The notes under the pieces are model-generated. The model searched no databases. It saw nothing but the letters and a program-made list of their open reading frames with translations, and was not told the origin of the DNA. 64,000 nt of DNA from an uncultured Myxococcales bacterium (GTDB taxonomy: Bacteria; Myxococcota_A; Bradymonadia; UBA7976; UBA1532): contig CAINDO010000224.1 of the NCBI GenBank assembly GCA_903847385.1, positions 3,941-67,940 on the forward strand. Direction: 5' to 3'. Every line of letters begins with the position of its first letter. Position 1 is the first letter of the stretch. Below are positions 1 to 11,900 of this stretch, one piece after another. Made by a program: the position numbers and the translations under genes.

Positions 1-159
1 GTCGGGCGCGTGTTCGAGGTCGACCTCGGCGCGGACTTCGGCGGCGACGCCGAGGCCGCCCGGGCCCGGCTCACGGAGATGGCGCAGAAACTCCTCGCCA
101 ACCCGGTCATGGAGACGTTCACGATCGACGTCTCGACCGGCACCGGTGGTGCGCCGTGA
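1..159 (+). CDS. purS: Phosphoribosylformylglycinamidine synthase subunit PurS, 3' partial (window starts inside the gene)
   Basis: Frame-1 translation ends ...[26 protein letters not shown]. The stop TGA at 157-159 overlaps the purQ start. Its position directly upstream of purQ/purL is the conserved purSQL order. Confidence 0.7.
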   Translation, partial: VGRVFEVDLGADFGGDAEAARARLTEMAQKLLANPVMETFTIDVSTGTGGAP

Positions 160-847
160 TGCGCTTCGCCGTCGTCTCGTTTCCCGGCAGCAACTGTGAC
201 GACGACTGCGTCCGCGTGCTGACCGAGGTGTTCGGGCAGACCGCTTTCAAGGTCCGTCACGACGAGCACGACCTGCGCGCGCCGGACGCCATTCTTCTCC
301 CCGGAGGCTTCAGCTTCGGCGACTACCTGCGCTGTGGCGCCATCGCCCGCTTCTCGCCGATCATGGCCGAGGTGCAGGCGTTCGCCGCCCGCGGCGGGCC
401 GGTGGTCGGCATCTGCAACGGCTTCCAGATCCTGACGGAGGCCGGCCTGCTACCCGGCGCGCTGCGCCGCAACGCGGGCCTCTCGTTCATCTGCGAGGAC
501 GCGTACATCGGCGTCGAGGGGCGCGAGACGCCGCTCACGCGCGGCGTGCAGGGGCAGGTGCTGCGCATCCCCATCGCCCACAACGAGGGCAACTACTTCG
601 CCGACACCGAGACGCTCACAGCGCTCGAGGCCGAGGGCCGGGTCATCTTCCGATACGTGGCGCCGGACGGGCGCCGCACGGCCGAGGCGAACCCCAACGG
701 TGCGGCCAACGACATCGCGGGCATCTGCAACGCCGCCGGCAACGTCGTCGGCCTGATGCCGCACCCCGAGCGTTGCGCCGAGGCGCTGCTCGGCAACACC
801 GACGGCCGGCGGCTCTTCGAGTCGCTCCTGGCCGGGGAGGCGCAGCG

Positions 848-851
<4 letters not shown>
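156..851 (+). CDS. purQ: Phosphoribosylformylglycinamidine synthase I, glutamine amidotransferase subunit PurQ
   Basis: 231-aa ORF with a class I glutamine amidotransferase fold. It carries the GICNGFQ catalytic Cys motif and a C-terminal HPE motif (MPHPERC). GTG at 156 or ATG at 159; ATGA overlap with purS. Confidence 0.9.
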
Positions 852-3048
<2,197 letters not shown>

Positions 3049-3052
<4 letters not shown>

Positions 3053-4476
3053 GCGCCCCGACCGGCTCGACCTGGGACGAGCGGGACGACGAGCACATCC
3101 GCGACGCCTGCGGTGTGGTCGGCATCTACGGCCACGCCGAGGCCGCCAACCTGGCCTATCTGGGGCTCCACGCGCTGCAGCACCGCGGGCAGGAGAGCGC
3201 CGGCATCGCCACCTGCGACGGCGCCCGGATCCAGGCGCACCGCGGCGAGGGCCTCGTCGCGGACGTCTTCTCCGCGAGCCTGCTCTCGCGACTCCCCGGG
3301 CACATGGCGATTGGCCACGTGCGCTACTCGACGGCCGGGGGCGGCGGGCTGCTGAACGCCCAGCCCATCACGGCGCGCTACGGCGGCGGCACCATCGCCG
3401 TGGCGCACAACGGCAACCTGACCAACGCCGGCGAACTCCGGCAGCGGCTCGAGGCCGAGGGCAGCATCTTCCAGGGCACGACGGACACCGAGGTCATCGT
3501 GCACCTCTTCGCCCGGTCGCGCGCCACGGGCATCGAAGGGCGCCTGCTGGACGCGCTCCGGCAGATCGAGGGCGCCTGGTCGCTCACCGTGATGACCGAG
3601 GACAAGGTCATCGGCGTCCGCGATCCGCACGGCGTGCGGCCGCTCGTCCTGGGGCGGGTGGGGGAAGCCTGGGTGATGGCGTCGGAGACCTGTGCGCTCT
3701 CGCTGCTCGACGCGACCTTCGAGCGGGAGGTGGCGCCCGGCGAGATGGTCATCATCGACGCGCGCGGCCTGACGTCCCGCCGCTACCTGCCCGAGACGCC
3801 CCGCAAGGCCTGCGTCTTCGAGCACGTGTACTTCGCGCGCCCCGACTCCACGGTCTTCGGGCGGTCGGTGTACGGCGTGCGAAAGGCCTCGGGTCGACGC
3901 CTCGCGATGGAGTCGCCCATCGAGGCGGACGCCGTGATCCCGGTGCCCGACTCGGGCATCGCCGCGGCCATCGGTTACTCCGAGGCGTCGGGCATCACCT
4001 ACGGCATGGGCCTCGTGCGCTCCCACTATGTCGGCCGCACGTTCATCGAGCCGACGCAGGCCATCCGGCACTTCGGCGTGAAACTGAAGCTCGCGCCCGT
4101 CGAAGAGGTCATCCGCGGCCAGCGGCTGATCGTCATCGACGATTCGCTCGTGCGGGGCACGACGAGCCGGAAAATCATCGCGCTGCTGCGCTCGGCGGGC
4201 GCGCGTGAGGTGCATCTGCGCATCTCCTCGCCGCCGATCACGAACCCGTGCTTCTACGGCATCGACACGCCGAGCCGCAGCGAGCTGGTGGCCGCGCAGC
4301 ACTCCATCGAGGAGATCCGCGCGTCGCTGGGATGCGAGACCCTCTCGTTCCTGTCGCAGGAGGGCCTGCTCGCGGCCGCGGCGGACGCCGCCGGCGGCTT
4401 CTGCGACGCCTGCTTCACCGGGCGTTATCCGATCCCGCTGGCCGACTACCGGACCGCCGGCGAACCCGACGCGTGA
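3049..4476 (+). CDS. purF: Amidophosphoribosyltransferase PurF
   Basis: GTG at 3049 overlaps the purL TGA (GTGA). A propeptide precedes the catalytic Cys ([11 protein letters not shown]). An Ntn glutamine amidotransferase domain is followed by a PRTase domain ([14 protein letters not shown]). Confidence 0.92.
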
Positions 4477-5807
4477 TCGCGGCGCTCCTGCTGGCCGCGG
4501 CGCCGGCCCTGTCGCCGGGCTTCGGCGAGCTGTGCGCGCCCTGCCATGGGCCGGGCGGGCGAGGGGACGGCCCGGCCGCGGCGCTGTACCTGCCCCGACC
4601 GCGGGACCTGGCGGTGGAGGCGCTCCGGAACGGCGGACGCCCGGAAGACCTGGAGCGCACGCTGCGCGAGGGCATCGTGGCGACGGGCATGCCATCGTTC
4701 GCGACGCTGCCCGACGAAGAGCGGGCGCGCCTGGTCCAGGACGTCCTGACCCTGCGGGCCCTCGGTGACCGCGCCCCGAGACGCGGCCCCGACGCGCTCT
4801 GGCCCGGCCCCCCGCTGCCGGCCCTGGCGATCGGCGCCGACCTGCCGATCTTCGCGACGCAAAGCGCCCACGCCTGCGGCCGATGCCACCCCCGCGCCTT
4901 CGAGCAGTGGTCCGCGAGCCGGCATGCGCTGGCGTTCGGTGACGGCCTCGCGCTTCAGACGCCCGACGCGGCGACCGCGCTGGCCGAGAGCTGCCGGACC
5001 TGCCACGCCCCGCTGGCCGAGCAGTCGACGCAGCCGGAGCTCCGCCGGGAGGGGGTGACCTGCGCGGCGTGCCACCGGCGCGGGGGCGCGAAGCTCTCGC
5101 GGCGTCCGCCGGGGGACGGGCGCGCCACGGGGCTGCCGGTCCAGGTCGAGCCCGACTTCGGCCGCGCCGTGCAGTGCCTGCCGTGCCACAACCTGCCCCT
5201 GGAGGGCGCCGTCGCCGGAAAGCCACTCCTGGACACGTTCCGCGAGTGGGCCGCGAGCCCGTACCTGCCCGCGAGAATTCCGTGCCAGACCTGCCACTTC
5301 GCCGACGCGGACCACCGTCTTCGCGGCGCCCACGACCCCGAGGCCGTCCGCAGCGCGGTCACCCTGCGGGTCGCGCAGACCGGGCAGACCCCCGTCGCCG
5401 AGGTCAGCAACGTCGGCGCCGGCCACGCGTTCCCCACCACGGCCACACCGCGGGTGGTGTTGCGTCTGCGGCAGTTGGACGCCGCCGGTGCGCCGCTCGC
5501 CGGGACGGAGGTCCTCTGGGCCATCGGCCGGACGGTGACCTCGAGCGATGGCGGGCGTCATTGGACGCAGGTCGCGGACACGCGCATCGCGCCGGGCGAG
5601 ACGCGACGTTGGCCCTACGACGTGGCGCGGGCGGCCGACGCGCGCACGCTGGAGGCCGAGCTCTTCATGTACCCGGACTGGTTCTACGCCGGTGCGTTCC
5701 GCGCGCGCGCGGTCGACGACCCGGCGTTTGGGGGCGTCGCTGCCGAGACCGCCGGGAGCGGCTTCCGGGTCACGGGCGTCCGGTCGCCGTGGCCCCGGGC
5801 TCGCTGA
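4473..5807 (+). CDS. c-type cytochrome with an N-terminal class I monoheme domain and a C-terminal multiheme region (6 CxxCH in total)
   Basis: Six heme-binding motifs: CAPCH, CGRCH, CRTCH, CAACH, CLPCH and CQTCH. The N-terminal part looks class-I-like, with CAPCHG...GMPSF as a Met ligand. The GTG at 4473 overlaps the purF TGA (GTGA). The start is uncertain: in the same frame an Arg-rich n-region (..[22 protein letters not shown]) extends upstream to ATG 4332, overlapping the purF 3' end. Confidence 0.7.
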   Translation: MIAALLLAAAPALSPGFGELCAPCHGPGGRGDGPAAALYLPRPRDLAVEALRNGGRPEDLERTLREGIVATGMPSFATLPDEERARLVQDVLTLRALGDRAPRRGPDALWPGPPLPALAIGADLPIFATQSAHACGRCHPRAFEQWSASRHALAFGDGLALQTPDAATALAESCRTCHAPLAEQSTQPELRREGVTCAACHRRGGAKLSRRPPGDGRATGLPVQVEPDFGRAVQCLPCHNLPLEGAVAGKPLLDTFREWAASPYLPARIPCQTCHFADADHRLRGAHDPEAVRSAVTLRVAQTGQTPVAEVSNVGAGHAFPTTATPRVVLRLRQLDAAGAPLAGTEVLWAIGRTVTSSDGGRHWTQVADTRIAPGETRRWPYDVARAADARTLEAELFMYPDWFYAGAFRARAVDDPAFGGVAAETAGSGFRVTGVRSPWPRAR

Positions 5808-6369
5808 GCGCGCGCATCTCCGCCGACACCGCCTCGGCGCCCGTGGCGTCGCCGAGCGCCCGGTGGGCGGCCAGGAGCGCCTCCAGATCTTCGCGCCGAC
5901 CACCGTCCGCCGCCTGGGCGGCCCGCAGGTGCTCGATGGCGTGCCGGAACTCGCCGAGCTGCGCGGCCCAGCCGGCCAGGCGGCGGTGCAGGTCCGGCTG
6001 GAACCGCATGACGTCGTCGGAGACGACCAGGATCGGCACCGCGCCACCGAGCAGGCGCATGACCTCGGCCCGCAGCGCGGCCATCGCGGCTCGGGCGTCC
6101 GCGTTCGCGGGCACGGCACCATGGAAGTAGGCGTCCGCGCCGGACTGGATCTCTCGCATCGCCCGATGCACCTGATCGAGCTGCGCGCGCGACGGAGTGG
6201 CGGCGAGCGCCGTCAGCTCGGCCTCGAAGGCCGCCCGGGCGCGAGCCAGCTTCGCGGCCAGGGGCGCGGCGACGGTCGGAGCCGGCGGGGCAGGGGCGGC
6301 CGATGGAGCCGCGCCCGGGCAGGCGAGGAGCGCTGCCAGGAGCAAAGCCGAAGAGCGCATGCGTGACAT
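5770..6369 (-). CDS. Hypothetical secreted protein or lipoprotein (199 aa), Ala-rich and helical
   Basis: Only this C-terminal part of the long shadow ORF 5770..7860 looks genuine. MSRMRSSALLLAALLACPGAAPS is a signal peptide with a possible lipobox. The 3' end overlaps the cytochrome gene convergently by 38 nt. Confidence 0.55.
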   Translation of the reverse strand: MSRMRSSALLLAALLACPGAAPSAAPAPPAPTVAAPLAAKLARARAAFEAELTALAATPSRAQLDQVHRAMREIQSGADAYFHGAVPANADARAAMAALRAEVMRLLGGAVPILVVSDDVMRFQPDLHRRLAGWAAQLGEFRHAIEHLRAAQAADGGRREDLEALLAAHRALGDATGAEAVSAEMRALSEPGATATGRP

Positions 6370-6435
6370 GCCCCGAGAATACCGACCTGCGCCCATCGAC
6401 GCCACGGCCGCAAAACGCTGGCGCCCCGAGCCGAA

Positions 6436-7173
6436 TTGCGGAAGATATCGGCTGTGCTCCCTCGCCGAATCATCGTCAGCCTCTCGTCGGCGCTCGTCGC
6501 GTTCACCGCGGCCGTCGCACACGCAACGCCACCGGCCGATGGCGACCGGGTCGTGCTGACGCTCGAAGGCCCGGGCACACCCTTCCAGCGCGTGCAGATG
6601 GAGGCCAAGGTCCGCGGCGCCAGTGTCGTCGTGCGCCTCACGCAGTCCTTCGGGAAACCCTACGGCGAGCGTGACGCGGTCGGCCTCTCGACCCCCGCCG
6701 ACCTCGAGGCGCTCGTCGGTGAACTCGACGCGACGGGGCTCTTCGCGGTGCCGCCGACGCCGAAGGCCGCCCCGGGGCTCACGGCGGATACACGTCACCG
6801 CCTGGAGGTCGACGTGGGCGGCCGCAAACGAGTGATTCAGGTCAGCAACCCGGAACGCCTGGCCGACCGTCGCTATCAGGGCCTCCTCAAGCGCGTCCGG
6901 GCGTGGGTCGTCGCGATCACCGGCGAACCGACCTTCGTCGATGGCCGTATGACACCGGACGAGTCGGGGTTCCTGCACCTGGAGACGCGCCCGAGCGGCC
7001 GCGTCTTCGTGGACGAGGTCCTGCTGTCGGAGTCGACCCCGATCGACGCGCTGCGCCTCCCGCTCGGCGCGCACGTGCTGCGGATCGTCGCCGCCGATGG
7101 CCGCGTCGAACGCAGCCTCGACATCACCATCGAAAAGGGGAAGACGACTTCCCTGCGGATGAACTTGGAGTAG
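6436..7173 (+). CDS. Secreted hypothetical protein with a C-terminal PEGA-like domain
   Basis: An N-terminal hydrophobic segment (IIVSLSSALVAFTAAVAHA) looks like a signal peptide. The C-terminal LRLPLGAHVLRIVAADGRVERSLDITIEKGKTTSL matches the PEGA motif. It is divergent from the 5770..6369 gene. Confidence 0.6.
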   Translation: MRKISAVLPRRIIVSLSSALVAFTAAVAHATPPADGDRVVLTLEGPGTPFQRVQMEAKVRGASVVVRLTQSFGKPYGERDAVGLSTPADLEALVGELDATGLFAVPPTPKAAPGLTADTRHRLEVDVGGRKRVIQVSNPERLADRRYQGLLKRVRAWVVAITGEPTFVDGRMTPDESGFLHLETRPSGRVFVDEVLLSESTPIDALRLPLGAHVLRIVAADGRVERSLDITIEKGKTTSLRMNLE

Positions 7174-7175
7174 GC

Positions 7176-8594
7176 ATGTCCGGCGCGACGTGGATCCAGC
7201 GGGCGATGCAGACGGCGGACCCCGCGACTGCAGATCGCTGCCTCCTCGAGGCCCTGCGCCTCGAGCCCGACCTCGGACAGGCCTACGGGATGCGCGGGCG
7301 GCTGGCCGTGCTGCGAGGCGACGCCGTCGCCGCGGCGCACCACTTTCGTGTCGCCTATGCCCGGGGCGACCGAACGCCGGAGACACGTGTGGGGCTGGCG
7401 CTGTGCCTGGCCGCGGCCGGTCAGCTCGAGCTCGCCGCCCGGATTCGAGAGGACCTCGCCGTCCCGGCGTCGCTGGCCGACTTCGAGGACACCTGCGAGC
7501 TTCAGGTCCGCCCGCTTCGACAGGTCCTGGCGATCCCGCTCCCCGGCCGGGGCGAGGCCGCATTGTTGCCGGGAGAGCGGCTCCCCGCGCAGACCGAGGC
7601 CGAGCCCGCGTCCGCGTCCGCGCCCGGCCCGTCCATACGGGCCACGGCCGAACAGTCGGCGTTGCCTGCGCCGACCGTCTCGGCCAGCGGGTTCCGCGTG
7701 CTGCGTTCCCCCGGCGCGCCCGGTGAACCGTCGCCCATGCAGACGATGCCGCGCTTCTCCATCGAGCGCCGGCCGACCGAACCGTCGAACCCGCCGGCCC
7801 CGGCACCAGCGCCGGCACCGTCCGCACAAACGCCGCCGGCACCGCCCCCACCGCCCCCACCGATCGCGGCCGTGTCCACGCCCCCGCGCGCCGTCCCCGC
7901 GACGCCGCCCCCGGCGCCGGTGCTCACCACCCGCCGTCTGCCCGACTGGGTGGACCAGATCGACCGCAGCGAGATCGAGCTGCCGCCGCTCCCGGAGGAG
8001 AAGCCGGACTGGATCAGCACGAACGTCGAGGCCCCCATCGCCGCGGACATCCGGGGCGCCATCGACCTGATCGACGACGACGAGGACCTCGTCGTGACGA
8101 ACGACCCGGGTGCGCCGGCGTTCGGCTTCCGCTCCCCCGTGACGGGACGAATCGTGCGACCGGACGAGGTCGCCAAGGCCCGCGCCGACGCGCTGATGCC
8201 GTCGATGGAGCGGGCCCCCGATCTCCTCGGCCGCGCCCCCGTCTTCGCGGATCTCATCGACACCCGGCGCCTGCTGCTCGCCCTGGAGCTGCCCGGCCCC
8301 GTCCTGACCATGGCCGGCGCGCCCCCGCGCCCGCTCTGCCGCACGATGGCCTTCGGGGCGACGCCCGACGAGTTGTTCTTCCGCGACATCGAGCGCGAGG
8401 GCGTGCCGCCGGTGCGACTGAATCGCACCAGCATCGCCCGGATGGACGTGGTGAACGACGACCAGCAGGTGTCCTTCGTGCTGGCGGACGGCCGGCAGCT
8501 CCACCTGGACCTGCGCGGCCTCGCCCGGACCCACGGGCCCACGGTGCGTCAGTTGGTGCGTCGCCTGCGGGAGCTGATCCCCGAGGCTCGTTGA
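7176..8594 (+). CDS. Hypothetical protein (472 aa) with a TPR-like N-terminal segment, a long Pro/Ala-rich low-complexity linker and a conserved-looking C-terminal domain
   Basis: ATG at 7176 is residue M92 of the tracker ORF. It follows a GGAG and the TAG stop of the previous gene. A poly-Pro tract PAPPPPPPPIAAV separates the N- and C-terminal parts. Confidence 0.6.
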   Translation: MSGATWIQRAMQTADPATADRCLLEALRLEPDLGQAYGMRGRLAVLRGDAVAAAHHFRVAYARGDRTPETRVGLALCLAAAGQLELAARIREDLAVPASLADFEDTCELQVRPLRQVLAIPLPGRGEAALLPGERLPAQTEAEPASASAPGPSIRATAEQSALPAPTVSASGFRVLRSPGAPGEPSPMQTMPRFSIERRPTEPSNPPAPAPAPAPSAQTPPAPPPPPPPIAAVSTPPRAVPATPPPAPVLTTRRLPDWVDQIDRSEIELPPLPEEKPDWISTNVEAPIAADIRGAIDLIDDDEDLVVTNDPGAPAFGFRSPVTGRIVRPDEVAKARADALMPSMERAPDLLGRAPVFADLIDTRRLLLALELPGPVLTMAGAPPRPLCRTMAFGATPDELFFRDIEREGVPPVRLNRTSIARMDVVNDDQQVSFVLADGRQLHLDLRGLARTHGPTVRQLVRRLRELIPEAR

Positions 8595-8603
8595 CGCGAG
8601 AGA

Positions 8604-8632
8604 TTGCCGGTTCGCCGCGGCTGACCTACAAT
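8604..8632 (+). promoter_or_regulatory. Candidate sigma-70-type promoter (TTGCCG-17 bp-TACAAT) for the small lipoprotein and giant TPR genes
   Basis: -35 TTGCCG at 8604-8609, a 17-bp spacer, then -10 TACAAT at 8627-8632. The ATG at 8641 lies only 8 nt after the -10 element, which implies a leaderless or near-leaderless transcript. Confidence 0.4.
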
Positions 8633-8640
8633 GTCGCGCG

Positions 8641-8925
8641 ATGCGCAATTTGCCGATTTTCTTTGGTTTTGCCCTCGGGTCGAGTGGTCTCCTGGCTGCC
8701 TGTGGGTCTGCGCCCGTCGCGGCCCCCGCCGCGCCGCCCGCGCCTCCCATGATCGAGGCCGCGCCGCTGCCGAACCCGTGTGTCGCCAACCCCTGCGCCG
8801 CCCGGGAGATCGTGCCCACGGCCAACCCGTGCGCGGGCCCCGAGGCGCCGGCTCCCTCGACGGAGCCGGCCTCGCCCGCGACCGAACCGCCACCCGCCGA
8901 CGCCGCACCGGCATCGACGCCCTGA
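8641..8925 (+). CDS. Small Pro/Ala-rich lipoprotein (94 aa) with three NPC motifs
   Basis: MRNLPIFFGFALGSSGLLAAC gives a signal peptide with lipobox LAAC. Mature region contains PNPCVANPCAAREIVPTANPCAGPE. The overlapping alternative-frame ORF 8631..9101 is Arg-rich junk. Confidence 0.55.
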   Translation: MRNLPIFFGFALGSSGLLAACGSAPVAAPAAPPAPPMIEAAPLPNPCVANPCAAREIVPTANPCAGPEAPAPSTEPASPATEPPPADAAPASTP

Positions 8926-8944
8926 GCGGGTCCGGAGGACTTCC

Positions 8945-11900
8945 GTGGCACGGGCGGAGCGCACCCGCAAGTCCGGGTTCTCGCTTCGACTGGAGCAAGG
9001 GCAGGGGCGCCTCGTGCTCACCGAGCGGCGCGTCGGCGACCTGCTCTTCGTCGAGCAGTTGCACCTCGCGCTGCGCCACGTGCCCGCCCGCCTGGACATG
9101 ACCGAGGGCGTCGAGCGTTTCCGCCACGCCTATACGCGCCTCGATCAGCTCGCCGTCGCCGTCGACGACCAGGAGCTCGCCTCGCTCCTGCGCACTCAGG
9201 TCCAGGGGACCGCGCTGCGGGAGCTGGACCTGCGCGTGCTCGATGGTGATCTCGTCGTCGCGGGCGAGGTCTTCGACGGCGTGCCTTTCGTCTGCCGCGT
9301 TCGCCTCGAGCCCGCCAGCGTGGGCGGCGAGCGGGCGCTGCTCGTCAGCGTGTACGAGGTCCGCGTCTTCGGTCCATGTCGCGCCGCCGGGCCCGAGGTC
9401 GCCACCATGGTGCTGCAGGCCGCGGAGCTCGCCGAGCACCTGGCCGGCCCGACGTGCGCCGTTTTCGACCCCGTCGATCGCCTGGCCGCCGAGATCTTCG
9501 GCCAAATGGGCTGGAAGCTGCCCGACCGCTCCGGGCTGCGCCTGACCGAAGCCCGCGTCGAGGCGGGGCGCGTGCGCATCGTCGCAGGGCGGGTGGAGCC
9601 CAACCGGGGCGGACTGCGGAGCGTCACCGCGCCGGAGAGCCCGACGGCGGCCATGCGCTACCGCCGATTCCTCGCCGACTACGAGGCCAAGACGCTCTAC
9701 GCCGCCCTCGAGGCGGACGTCGCCGCCGGCCGCATCGAGCGTGCCGCCGCCGCCTACGAACGCCAGCTCGAGCTGCACCCGGAGCACCCCTTCATCGTCG
9801 CGCGGCTCCTGCAGTTGTGGCAGGCGCGGGCCGAGACGCGGGCCGAGGCGGACTCGCTCGCCCGCGCTCACCTGGAGCGCTACGCGGACGATCTGGACGC
9901 GCTCGTGACGCTGGCCGTGGTGCAGCAGAGCCAGGGCAACGCGGTGGGGGCGGCCGAGCTCTACCGGCGCGTGGCCCGCATCGCCGAGCGTCAGGGGGAC
10001 ACCATCGAGGCCGCACAGGCCCTGTGCGCCGTCGCGCGTGCGCTGGCGCCCCGCGACCCGTCCCTGGCCATCGAGGCCCTGGAGCGCGCCCTGGCCCTGC
10101 GTCGGCGCCTGCCCGGCGCGCTGCGGGCCCTGGCAGACCTCTACGAGCGCGCGGGCAACATCGCCGGTGCCATCCAGGCCCGGGAGCGCCTGCTCGCGGC
10201 CGAGGCCCCCGGCGCGGTCAGACTCGGTCTGCTGCTCGACCTGGGCCGACTGACGCTCGAGCGGGCGGGGGACGCCCAGGCCGCGGCGTCCTGGTTCGAG
10301 CGCCTGATCGAGGAGTCGCCCGAGGAGGTCGACGCGTGGCTCGGCCTGGCCTCCGCACACGAGATGTCCGGGCGCCTGCTTCCAGCCGTCCGCGCGCTCG
10401 ACCGCGCCGCAGTCCTGCTCCAGCAGCGGGGCGAGGCCCGGTGGGCGGCGCGAGTGCTCGTTCGCCTCGGTGACCTCTGGAAAGATCTGCCCGAGGGCGG
10501 CGCCGCGACGGCAGCGCTCCGCTATCGACAGGCGCTGCTGCTCGAGCCCGCGCTGCCGGCGGCCCTGCTGGGACTCGCCGAGGCCGCGGCGTCCGAGGGC
10601 GACGCACGGCGCGCCCGCACCCATCTCGAAGAGCTTTTGCGCCTGGGCAACCAGACGCCCGGCGGCGAGCGGGTCGAGGCGGCGGACCGCATCCACGCCC
10701 ACCTGCGCCTCGGGCACCTGTACGCCGAGGCCCTCGCCGATCCGCAACAGGCCATCGGGCACTACCAAAAATGCCTCGACGGCACGCCGGACCAGCTCGA
10801 AGAGGCCCTCGGCGCGCTTGAGGCGCTCTTCACGGCGCTGGGCCGCTTCGACGACCTCGCGCGTGTGCTGGAGATGGCCGCCGAGCGGGCGACGGAGCCC
10901 AGCGTCAAGGCGGCGCGCCTCGTGCGCCTCGCGGGGGTGCTGCGCGACTCGATGTCGGACCTTCGTCGCGCGGCGAGCCTGCTCGCAGAGGCGACCCGGC
11001 TTCAGCCCGGGCGCACGGACTATCTGCGGTCGCTGGTGGACCTTCAGCGTCGTCGCGGGGACGCCGCCGCTGCGGCCGAGGCGCTCCTGGCGCTCACCCA
11101 GGTCGTCGAGGCGCCGGCCGAGCTCGCCGTGCTCTACGCCGAGCGCGCCGACCTGCTGCGCCACAAGCTCAACCGGGCCGACGAGGCCGCCGAGACGTGG
11201 TCCCTGGCCCTGGGCTGCGACCCGGCCTGCCTCCCGGCGCTGGAGGGACTCGCGGACATCTATCGAGAGCGCGAGCGATTCCCCGAGCTGGCGGCGTTGC
11301 TGGGCCGATGGGCCGCGCTGGAGTCGGACCCGGACACGGCGGCCCAGCTCTACCTCGAGCTCGGGCGCCTGAATCGCACGACGCTCCAGCGGCCCGAGCA
11401 CGCCCGCGAGGCCTACGAGAAGGCCTTGGTGCTCGCACCGAAGGACGCGGAGGCCCTGCGCGGCGTCGGTGACCTGTTCTTCGAGATGGGCCGCCCCGCG
11501 CAGGCGGCCACGCACTACGAGCGGCTGCTCGCCGTTTACGAGGCCGAGGGCTTCGACGAGGCGCCCGGGCCGTTCCTGAGCCGGATGGCGGTCGTGTGCG
11601 AGCGCCTGCATCGGGACGCCGAGGCCGTCACGCTGCTGGAGCGCGCGCGCGACCTGGACTCCGAGCGCATCGACGTCTACGAGGCCGCGCAGGACCTGCT
11701 GCTGCGCGCCGGGGACCTCGAAGCGATCGTCACGTTCTTCGAGCAGGGCCTCGAGCGCGCCCGACGCGCCGAGACCCGCGCCTTCCTGGCCCGGCGGGCC
11801 GGCCGGCTGTTGTGGCGCGAACTGCGCCGCCCGGCGGATGCCGCCCCCCGCCTGGACGAAGCCGCGAAGCTGCTGCCGGACGACCTGGACGTCGCCACGG

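Noticed and set aside
5770-7860. 696-aa minus-strand ORF
   Set aside because: Only the last 199 codons (5770..6369, starting MSRMRSS with a signal peptide) look protein-like. The upstream 500 codons are Arg/Pro/Gly-rich antisense of the real plus-strand genes 6436..7173 and 7176..8594. They form a GC3 shadow frame.
8631-9101. Alternative-frame 156-aa ORF starting 10 nt upstream of the small lipoprotein ATG
   Set aside because: Its translation is Arg-rich without secondary-structure logic. The 8641 frame gives a textbook signal peptide plus lipobox, so that frame is preferred.
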